From assembly GCA_039630345.1 (NCBI GenBank), contig JBCNVD010000007.1:1-25431 (forward strand): a stretch of DNA of 25,431 nucleotides, in the 5' to 3' direction. Below are positions 17,201 to 23,932 of the stretch, piece after piece. The stretch is from Aquificaceae bacterium. GTDB lineage: Bacteria > Aquificota > Aquificia > Aquificales > Aquificaceae. The notes under the pieces are model-generated. The model made no database searches, had not been told where the DNA came from, and saw only the letters and a program-made list of their open reading frames with translations. Made by a program: the position numbers and the translations under genes. Each line of letters starts with the position of its first letter. Position 1 is the stretch's first letter.

Positions 17201-17722
17201 GAAATAGAGACTATAGAATCCGAACACTTCAACCTGGCCGGTGCTATTTCAGAGCTCAAAACCAGAAAAACCCAGCGCGGCGAACTGATGGCGGTTTTTA
17301 ATCTAATAGACAAAACAGGAATAGCTCAGGTGGTTGTCTTCCCTCAGGTTTACGAAGAGTGTGTGGATATTTTAAAAGAGGGAAACCTCATAACAGGCCG
17401 TTTCTCTCTGGACAGAGACGATGAATCAGAAGATCTAAAGCTGGTTCTTCGCTCAGCTTCCAGTATAGAAGAATTTCTTAAAAAAGGAAATCTAAAACTT
17501 CATCTTTGCATACCCAGAGAACTCTCTATTGAAGAATTAAAATCCCTGAGGTCTTTGATAAAACAGCACGCAGACCCGGAAGGCCTGGAACTCCAGATTG
17601 AGATATTCCACAAAAATGGCAAAACCCTGATGCTTGCAGGCTCGGCTTTTAGACCAAAACCTTCAAAAGAGCTCCTTGAAACTTTAAGGGCAATGCAACT
17701 AAAGGTCAAACTCTTACGATAG
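14264..17722 (+). CDS. dnaE: DNA polymerase III alpha subunit
   Basis: PHP motifs 'HLHLHTQYSLLDG' and 'TDHGN'; 'GPGRGSAAGS'; 'FERFLNPER'; catalytic 'PDIDVDF' and 'KMDFLG'; 'YSFNKSH'; OB fold near the C-terminus. Confidence 0.98.
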   Translation: MREFVHLHLHTQYSLLDGAIKIKDLVKLAERMGYKAVAMTDHGNLFGAVEFYTSLKASGLKPIIGMEAYINVESRFSKAKSSEDNLTDDVNSHIVLIAKDDKGFKNLMSLSTKSYKEGLNQKPRIDFELLQSHSEGIIALTSCIRGIPGHFLLKGEENRAIELTKRLFDIFDKDLYLELQSNSLIEQERLNRFLIEVSKKLGAKLVATNNCHYLMPEDALAHQVLLAIQTKKTLQEMQKLNIKFPKSGLHFLSPEEAIERFRNAFDGWERAILNTIEVAEKTSDRFELLETKGALMPGFDKDKAWSLRELAFEGLKKRIEQSLAKDSPQYWERLQYELDVVSKMGFEGYFLIVQDFINWAKNKSIPVGPGRGSAAGSLLAFALGITDVDPIKHGLLFERFLNPERVSLPDIDVDFCMERRDEVINYVRDKYSHDNVSQIITYNFMKAKQTIRDTARALGIAYKEADELAKLVPQGDVQGTWLSLEEMAITSIEELLSKYGKHRTDIELNANKFRDLCQQSPQLETLLKIALKLEGLARHTSLHAAGVVIAPTALEELVPLYVDKDGQIATQYDMVHLEHLGFIKMDFLGLKTLTELERIKNLIQERHQKNIEYLKLPLDDEKVFELLRLGQSVGVFQLESSGMRALLRRLEPDKFDDIVAVLALYRPGPLKSGLVDAYINRKHGRESVDYPFPELEEILKETYGVWVYQEQIMKASQILAGFSPGEADTLRKAIGKKKADLMQNMKEKFIKGAIDRGFNENKIRALWDDIEKFASYSFNKSHSVAYGYLSYWTAYVKAHYPTEFFCIKLSTEKSDRKFINLIHDLKNFSIKLLPPDINKSQKDFTIASEKAIRFGLSRIKGVGEETADLIVSERKRSWTSIGDFFRHFKSVPESRKINKKVLEALIKSGAFDWTGSSRSSMLSAIEKDIIIPRGLFESKEEKNGDNRAELEREVLGFYISYHPLDPYEHILKDLVSTIEEIETIESEHFNLAGAISELKTRKTQRGELMAVFNLIDKTGIAQVVVFPQVYEECVDILKEGNLITGRFSLDRDDESEDLKLVLRSASSIEEFLKKGNLKLHLCIPRELSIEELKSLRSLIKQHADPEGLELQIEIFHKNGKTLMLAGSAFRPKPSKELLETLRAMQLKVKLLR

Positions 17723-18406
17723 CTTTGTATCCAAAAAGAGCATTATCAAAAGCCCAAAAAGGAAGGCAAAGCTCGGCTTTATGGCTTTATCATTTTTAAA
17801 AGCCTCCGGGAATATTTCCTTTGCGGTTATATAAACCATCACCCCTCCACCAAGTCCAAGCCAAAAGCCAAGACTTTCTTTAACTAAATTTATAAACATA
17901 AAACCGCCTACGGCGAAGAGCGCTTCGAAAACACCGCTTGCAAAGCCTACAAAAAAAGCAAGCAAACGCTTTCCGTAAAATAGAGCGACAGCCGCACTTA
18001 CCAAAAACCCTTCCGGGATGTCGTGCAACGCTATGGCGAGTGCGACTTTTAATCCAAGTATACTCTCAAGTGCGCCTGATACCCCCACGCTTAAGCCCTC
18101 AGGGGCATTATGAACAAATATCCCAAATAGCATTGCATTAAGACTCCTTTGCTCACCCGTTTCTTTTTTAGATAAATACCTATCGATAAAAACCATAAAC
18201 AAAAACCCGGCAATTATCCCAATCCCCCCTTTTAAAAAACCTCCTGACTTTATTGCAGGTAACATCAGCGAGGTAAAACTCGCAACTATCATAAAACCAC
18301 CGGCAAGACCCATAATAACGCTGATACTTACAAACTCTCTCTTAATAAAAGTTCCAGCTAAAGAGCCAATCCCGGTTCCTATCAAAAGAAGAGACAGGGT
18401 AAACAC
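17714..18406 (-). CDS. ZIP (GufA/ZupT) family divalent metal transporter
   Basis: 'HNAPEGLSVG', 'ALHDIPEG', 'GGVMVYIT', 'EIFPE'. Hydrophobic multi-pass membrane protein. Confidence 0.88.
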   Translation of the reverse strand: MFTLSLLLIGTGIGSLAGTFIKREFVSISVIMGLAGGFMIVASFTSLMLPAIKSGGFLKGGIGIIAGFLFMVFIDRYLSKKETGEQRSLNAMLFGIFVHNAPEGLSVGVSGALESILGLKVALAIALHDIPEGFLVSAAVALFYGKRLLAFFVGFASGVFEALFAVGGFMFINLVKESLGFWLGLGGGVMVYITAKEIFPEAFKNDKAIKPSFAFLFGLLIMLFLDTKLS

Positions 18407-18958
18407 CTACAGGAGCTCCTTTATGGTATAGAGACTTTTAAAAACATCCACCTCTCCCTCCAGGTTTTCAAAAGCCCCTTCGAGTCTATCTACTATTGCA
18501 AAGACCCCCACTACATTTTGCCCCTCTTCTCTTATAGCCTTTATTGCAAGTTTTGCAGAGTTTGCCGTGGTTATTACATCTTCCAAAACCCCGATGCGTG
18601 ATCCTGAGTTTAAAACCCCCTCTACCTGCCTTCCTGTTCCGTGGGCTTTTTTCTCTTTTCTTACCACAATCGGGTTTAGCTTGACTCCTTTAGTGTAAGC
18701 ATGAATACAAAGCCCATATGCTATGGGGTCAGCGCCCATGGTTAGACCCCCAACAGCGTCTAAATTAAAAGGCTTTATAAGCTCAAACATAAGCCTGGAG
18801 ATGAGCATAAGTCCATCAGGGGTCATGGTAACTTTTTTAAGATCTATGTAGATGTTGCTCTTTTTGCCAGAACTCAGCGTAAAAACAGGCTCTTTTTCAA
18901 CTCTGAGGCATCTTAGCCTGATCAGTTCCCGCAATTTTTGATAGTCGCTCTCTGGCAT
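18407..18958 (-). CDS. pyrE: Orotate phosphoribosyltransferase
   Basis: 'FTLSSGKKSNIYID', 'GGLTMGADP', 'RKEKKAHG', PRPP-binding 'VLEDVITTANS'. The start could instead be the TTG at 18934. Confidence 0.93.
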   Translation of the reverse strand: MPESDYQKLRELIRLRCLRVEKEPVFTLSSGKKSNIYIDLKKVTMTPDGLMLISRLMFELIKPFNLDAVGGLTMGADPIAYGLCIHAYTKGVKLNPIVVRKEKKAHGTGRQVEGVLNSGSRIGVLEDVITTANSAKLAIKAIREEGQNVVGVFAIVDRLEGAFENLEGEVDVFKSLYTIKELL

Positions 18959-19430
18959 ATTCCATAAGACCTCCTGCTTTCAAAATATCCATAAGTTGCG
19001 GGGGAAACTTCGTTGCACTGTAGGTCTTGCCCGTTTTTATGTTTGTTATTATCCCTTCTTGCAAATCTACTTCTATTTCGTCCATATGCTCTATTTCGTC
19101 AACAGCCTGCGGTGCTTCAATGATTGCAAGTCCTGTATTGATTGCATTCCTGAAAAAAATCCTTGCAAAAGACTTGGCAATCACAACCGGCACCATCGCA
19201 TGCTTTATCGCAATTGGGGCATGCTCACGCGAAGAGCCAGAGCCAAAGTTCTTACCGGCAAGTATTATCTCCCCGGGCTGGTGATTTTTAGCAAAGTCTG
19301 GCCATTGTGAATCTTCCATTACATGCTTTGCGAGCTCTTTTGGGTCTGATGTGTTTAAATACCTTGCAGGGATAATCTGGTCTGTATCTACGTTATCGCC
19401 AAACTTCCAAACTCTTGAGCGAACTTTCAT
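18897..19430 (-). CDS. leuD: 3-isopropylmalate dehydratase small subunit (LeuD type 2)
   Basis: 'GDNVDTDQIIPARYL', 'GKNFGSGSSREHAP', 'SFARIFFRNAINTGL', 'ILKAGGL'. Confidence 0.9.
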   Translation of the reverse strand: MKVRSRVWKFGDNVDTDQIIPARYLNTSDPKELAKHVMEDSQWPDFAKNHQPGEIILAGKNFGSGSSREHAPIAIKHAMVPVVIAKSFARIFFRNAINTGLAIIEAPQAVDEIEHMDEIEVDLQEGIITNIKTGKTYSATKFPPQLMDILKAGGLMEYARERLSKIAGTDQAKMPQS

Positions 19431-19436
19431 AAAGAG

Positions 19437-19442
19437 ATTTTA
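19437..19442 (-). promoter_or_regulatory. Possible -10 box (TAAAAT) of leuD, overlapping the gyrA stop codon
   Basis: The minus strand reads TAAAAT-ctcttt-ATG (6-nt spacer). Confidence 0.45.
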
Positions 19443-21698
19443 TCCTATAATAACAACCCTCCTGATAAAATCATCTTCAAGAGACCAGTTATCATCAATC
19501 TTGATATCCTTTTCACTTAGCTTTTTATAAAAAACTCTTGCACTATCTGAAACTACCATTATCTGAATGTTTTCTCTAAAGGGCAAAAGGTCTACTAGCT
19601 CTCCTGATCCTATCGAAGTTCCCCTTTGACCCTTTTGCTTCAGGGGAATTTCACTGGCCTTTATAAACCCTGAAATACCTCTCTTGGTAACCACCAAAAG
19701 CCTATCACTCTCTTCAACAAGTCTCATACCGCAAATTTCATCAGAATCGAGCTTTATACCCTGTAGTGGTTTTTTTCCAACCGTTGATGGAGGAACTTCA
19801 GATACTGAAAATCTCACTGCCTTGCCACTGCAGGTAAATAAAACCACCTGTTTTTCTTCCTGAGCCTCTAAAACGCAAACGACTGCGTCGTTTTCTGATA
19901 GCCCAAAAATCTGCATCCCCTGAGACCTGTATTCAAAATCCGCCAGGGGAACTTTTTTTATAAAGCCGAGTTTGCTGGCAAGGATTATCCTGTCATGCGC
20001 GCCAGAGCGCGTAAAAGCCCCGACTATTCGCTCTTTTGCCTCTTTTAGCCTTATTTTGCTACCTTTTAATGCCTGTTTTCCCGCAACCCAGTAAACCCTT
20101 CCCATATCAGATACCATAAAAAGCCCATCAGAATATGGAACTTCAAGGATATTCACGGTCATATCTGCCCCGTCAAACTTCTCAAGCGGGGAAACCTCGC
20201 CATGTTCGTAAATAACCACAGACAAAGAGCCAGCACTTTCAGGGGTTTTACCCTCTATGGTGGTTTTTCTCGGGGTTTTGAAAAAAGACACAAGTTCTTT
20301 TATCTCTTCAATAAATACCCTGATTCTCTCTTCCTGACTTTGGACGAGCTTTAAATAATCCTCTGCTTTTTTGGTGAGTTCTTCTTGCTCTTTTATTAGC
20401 TTCTCTCGCTCCATCGAGGTGAGTCTCTGAAGTCTCATATCGAGTATCGCCTGGGATTGCTTGCTGTTTAAGTTAAATCCTTTCTCAAGTGATTCTTTTG
20501 CGCTCTGCGCGTCTTTTGAGGTCTTTAAGATTTTTATAATATCGTCTATGTTTTCCAATGCAACCACAAGTCCTTTAACTATTTCAAGTCTCTCTCTGGT
20601 TTTGTTTAAAAAGTATTTCGACCTTCTTAGTATCACTTCGAGTCTGTGCTCTATGAATTTCTGGAGGATTTCTTTTAGTCCAACTTGCTTTGGCTCTCCA
20701 TCTATCAAAACAACCATATTAACCATAAAGTTTTTCCTGAGTTGAGTAAGTTTATACACCTTTTCAAGAACCTTTTGAGATTCTACATCCCTTTTAAGTT
20801 CTAAAGTTATTCTTATGCCTTCTTTATCCGATTCATCCCTGACGCTTGCGACTTCTTTTAGTTTGCCCTCTTTTATGAGCTCTGCTATTCTCTTTATGGT
20901 CTCTGCTTTGTTAACCTGATATGGAATGTCGCTAAAGACTATTTGCTCTCTACCCCCCTGCAACTTCTCTACATGTGCTTTTGCGCGAAGGCGTATCTGA
21001 CCCTTGCCTTTTTCGTAGATTTCTCTAAGTTCTTCGGGGTTTTCGATTATCGCGCCTGTTGGAAAGTCCGGACCTGGTATTAACTCAAGTATCTTCTCAA
21101 GGTCAAGAGACGGGTCTTTTGCCAAAGAGATAAGCGCCTCGCACACCTCTTTAAGATTATGAGGTGGGATAGAGGTCGTAAGCCCAACTGCAATACCGCT
21201 TGCACCGTTGCATATAAGGTTTGGAAAGCGAGATGGCAAAATCGAAGGCTCCATTACAGTGCCGTCAAAGTTTGGCAAAAAATCAACCGTGTCGTTTTGT
21301 ATATCCTCAAGCATAAGCATTGCAAACTTTGAGAGTTTTGCCTCTGTATATCGCATTGCTGCAGGGGGGTCTCCGTCTATGGAGCCAAAGTTTCCCTGCC
21401 CTGTAACCAGCGGATAATTCATCACAAAATCCTGAGCCATCCTTACCAATGTCTCGTAAGCTGCCTGATCACCGTGCGGATGATAGTATCCAAGCACTGT
21501 TCCTACTATCCTTGCTGACTTCACGAAGGGTTTTTCCGGAAAAAGGCCCATTTCGTGCATGGAAAATAAAACCCTTCTTTGCACGGGTTTTAATCCGTCT
21601 CTTATATCCGGTATTGCCCTCCCAACTATAACAGACATTGCGTAGTCTATGTAGGATTGTTTTACCTCTTCTTCTATCGCAACTTTGTAGATGCTCAT
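19440..21698 (-). CDS. gyrA: Type IIA topoisomerase subunit A (GyrA/ParC), lacking a GyrA-box
   Basis: '[28 protein letters not shown]', 'YHPHGD', catalytic 'AAMRYTE', 'GPDFPTG', and C-terminal pinwheel repeats. Confidence 0.93.
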   Translation of the reverse strand: MSIYKVAIEEEVKQSYIDYAMSVIVGRAIPDIRDGLKPVQRRVLFSMHEMGLFPEKPFVKSARIVGTVLGYYHPHGDQAAYETLVRMAQDFVMNYPLVTGQGNFGSIDGDPPAAMRYTEAKLSKFAMLMLEDIQNDTVDFLPNFDGTVMEPSILPSRFPNLICNGASGIAVGLTTSIPPHNLKEVCEALISLAKDPSLDLEKILELIPGPDFPTGAIIENPEELREIYEKGKGQIRLRAKAHVEKLQGGREQIVFSDIPYQVNKAETIKRIAELIKEGKLKEVASVRDESDKEGIRITLELKRDVESQKVLEKVYKLTQLRKNFMVNMVVLIDGEPKQVGLKEILQKFIEHRLEVILRRSKYFLNKTRERLEIVKGLVVALENIDDIIKILKTSKDAQSAKESLEKGFNLNSKQSQAILDMRLQRLTSMEREKLIKEQEELTKKAEDYLKLVQSQEERIRVFIEEIKELVSFFKTPRKTTIEGKTPESAGSLSVVIYEHGEVSPLEKFDGADMTVNILEVPYSDGLFMVSDMGRVYWVAGKQALKGSKIRLKEAKERIVGAFTRSGAHDRIILASKLGFIKKVPLADFEYRSQGMQIFGLSENDAVVCVLEAQEEKQVVLFTCSGKAVRFSVSEVPPSTVGKKPLQGIKLDSDEICGMRLVEESDRLLVVTKRGISGFIKASEIPLKQKGQRGTSIGSGELVDLLPFRENIQIMVVSDSARVFYKKLSEKDIKIDDNWSLEDDFIRRVVIIG

Positions 21699-21706
21699 AA
21701 CTGAGG

Positions 21707-21712
21707 ATTATA
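21707..21712 (-). promoter_or_regulatory. -10 box (TATAAT) of gyrA
   Basis: The minus strand reads TATAAT-cctcagtt-ATG (8-nt spacer, no Shine-Dalgarno). Confidence 0.65.
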
Positions 21713-21730
21713 GCCTATGGTGTTTATGAC

Positions 21731-21759
21731 TTGACTTTTGGATAATGAGATTGTATATT
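21731..21759 (+). promoter_or_regulatory. Sigma70-type promoter of feoAB
   Basis: TTGACT (21731-21736), a 17-bp spacer, TATATT (21754-21759), then 7 nt to the feoA ATG. Confidence 0.7.
21741..21759. promoter_or_regulatory. Fur-box-like operator overlapping the feoAB promoter
   Basis: gataatgagattgtatatt matches GATAATGATAATCATTATC at 13 of 19 positions by hand count (first 8 exact), upstream of an iron-uptake operon. Confidence 0.6.
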
Positions 21760-21766
21760 AATATTA

Positions 21767-21985
21767 ATGAAGCAGTCTTTAGCCAGCGTAAATCCCGGAA
21801 GTGTGGTAAAGGTAAGTGCTCTAAATTATGAAAATGAGCTCTTTCTCAGGATTCAGGCGATGGGCCTTCGCCCCGGAATTAATGCGCAGGTTCTTCAGCG
21901 TCTTGGGCGAAACCTTCTTTTAAAGCTGGGTAATTCAAGACTTGTTATCAGTAAAGACCTTGCGAAGATGGTCGAGGTTGAGTAA
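21767..21985 (+). CDS. feoA: Ferrous iron transport protein A
   Basis: 72-aa SH3-like protein with 'RIQAMGLRPG' and 'SRLVISKDLAKMVEVE', directly before feoB. Confidence 0.9.
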   Translation: MKQSLASVNPGSVVKVSALNYENELFLRIQAMGLRPGINAQVLQRLGRNLLLKLGNSRLVISKDLAKMVEVE

Positions 21986-23932
21986 ATGGATTTGCCCAAG
22001 ATTGCCCTTCTGGGCAATCCAAATGTAGGCAAAACCTCTATTCTTAACGAGCTAGTTGGCGCTCGTCTCAAAGTAGGCAACTGGCCCGGGGTCACTCTTG
22101 AAAAGAGGGAAGGAAAATTTGAAATTGACTCTCAGGAAGTATATTTAGTAGACCTGCCGGGTATCTATACGCTCTATTCAAACGGCGAAGAGGAAGGCAT
22201 CGTAAAAAACTACATCTTTTCCGAAAAGCCACAGCTTCTGGTTAATGTCATCGAGACCGCAAATCTTGAAAGGGATCTATTCCTGACACTTGATTTAATC
22301 TCACTAAATACCCCGATGATTCTCGTTCTTAATATGAGCGACGAGGCAAAAGCCCTTGGAGTAGAAGTTGACATTCAAAAACTCAAAGATATCACAGGGC
22401 TTCCAGCTGTTAAAACAAGCGCAAAAACAGGCGAGGGTATTTCTCAGCTAAAAAAAACAATAAAAGAAGCACTCAAAAACCAGCCACTGCCCAATAAAAA
22501 CCTCGTTATCAGCTCGCAAAACCTTTCTAAACCCGAGCTTGAAGCATTAAGGTCAAACCAGATAAAGTCAATCCTTGGCGAAGTTTATAAAACCAATCCC
22601 CCTAAAAATACCCTCACAGACAGACTGGATGCTATTTTGATACACCCAGTTTATGGGCTTTTTGTTTTTCTTGCAGTGATGTTTTTGATGTTTAAACTTG
22701 CTTTTGATTTTTCTTCGCCTTTTATGGACTGGCTGGATGGATTTTTTAACTCTTTTCTCTCACCTCTTGTTGGGCTCTTACTGGGTGCTTTGCCGGTATC
22801 TGAATGGTTTATTAAGCTAATCCAAGAGGCAATTATAGGAGGAGTCGGCTTTGTTTTGACATTTGTTCCACTTATTGCGATTTCTTACACCTTTATTGTA
22901 TTTTTAGAGCTGTCTGGATACTTACCAAGGGCGAGCTTTTTAATGGATAGATATGTCCAGGCACTTGGTCTTAATGGCAAAAGTCTCATACCCCTTTTGC
23001 TTGGCTTTGGATGTAATGTCCCTGCGATACTCTCAGTCAGGCTTCTTGAGCGCGAAAGGGACAGGCTTTTAACCATGGCAATGATACCCTTTATGAGTTG
23101 CCCTGCAAGGCTCGTGGTCTTTGCCTTCTTTGCCTCGATTTTTTTTAAAAATCCCGCAGTAGTGATATTTGGGCTATACATCTTTGGGGTTTTAATGGCT
23201 GTCCTGACTGCGCTGATTCTTGGGTTTTTTATCAAAACTTCTGAAAAATCTTATTTCTTAATGGAATTGCCACCTTATAGATTGCCATCTTTTAACCTGC
23301 TATTTAGAATAGTCTGGGTCTATGTAAGAGACTTTATCTACAAAGCAGGGACTTTTATTTTTGCCTCTGCTATTGTCGTTTGGGCTTTAACAAACCTCCC
23401 CCCAAACAGAGAGCAATCGCAAACTATCGCCGCACAAATAGGCAGGGCAATATCTCCTGTGTTTGAACCACTTGGACTTGGAGATTGGCGAATGAGCACA
23501 TCGCTGGTGCCCGCTCTCCTCGCAAGGGAGATAGTCCTTAGCTCCATGGCAACTATCTACTCTCCTTCACTGCAACAACAGGAGAACGAAGAATTCAAAA
23601 TCCTGCCTGCTATCAAAGATCAGCTCCTCTCTTTAGCACAGGCTTTTCCCACAGCTATTTTAAACACATTAAAACCCTCCAGCAGTGCCTTTGAGGCAAA
23701 CTCTGACCTGGAACCTTCTTTGAAAAAAGAGATTTCTAAACACATAAGCGCGCCTTCGGCGCTATCTTTTATGGTATTTCTCCTTATATACACCTCTTGC
23801 CTTGGCACTCTTGGGGTTCTTTGGCGTCAGGCAGGTCCAAAATACACCCTGGGACTCTTTGCCTACACAACTATTCTGGCCTGGATTCTTGCCTTTATTA
23901 CCTACAGACTGTCTAGTTTGATAATTTCCTGA
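21986..23932 (+). CDS. feoB: Ferrous iron transport protein B
   Basis: G1 'GNPNVGKT', G2 'NWPGVT', G3 'DLPG', G4 'NMSD'; gate motifs 'GFGCNVP' and 'PFMSCPARL'; 'MELPPYRLP'. Confidence 0.96.
   Translation: MDLPKIALLGNPNVGKTSILNELVGARLKVGNWPGVTLEKREGKFEIDSQEVYLVDLPGIYTLYSNGEEEGIVKNYIFSEKPQLLVNVIETANLERDLFLTLDLISLNTPMILVLNMSDEAKALGVEVDIQKLKDITGLPAVKTSAKTGEGISQLKKTIKEALKNQPLPNKNLVISSQNLSKPELEALRSNQIKSILGEVYKTNPPKNTLTDRLDAILIHPVYGLFVFLAVMFLMFKLAFDFSSPFMDWLDGFFNSFLSPLVGLLLGALPVSEWFIKLIQEAIIGGVGFVLTFVPLIAISYTFIVFLELSGYLPRASFLMDRYVQALGLNGKSLIPLLLGFGCNVPAILSVRLLERERDRLLTMAMIPFMSCPARLVVFAFFASIFFKNPAVVIFGLYIFGVLMAVLTALILGFFIKTSEKSYFLMELPPYRLPSFNLLFRIVWVYVRDFIYKAGTFIFASAIVVWALTNLPPNREQSQTIAAQIGRAISPVFEPLGLGDWRMSTSLVPALLAREIVLSSMATIYSPSLQQQENEEFKILPAIKDQLLSLAQAFPTAILNTLKPSSSAFEANSDLEPSLKKEISKHISAPSALSFMVFLLIYTSCLGTLGVLWRQAGPKYTLGLFAYTTILAWILAFITYRLSSLIIS

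Noticed and set aside
14264..21698. Possible inteins in DnaE or GyrA
   Set aside because: Protein lengths are normal and no splice-junction or homing-endonuclease motifs are visible. The roughly 30-aa DnaE insert looks like a lineage-specific indel.
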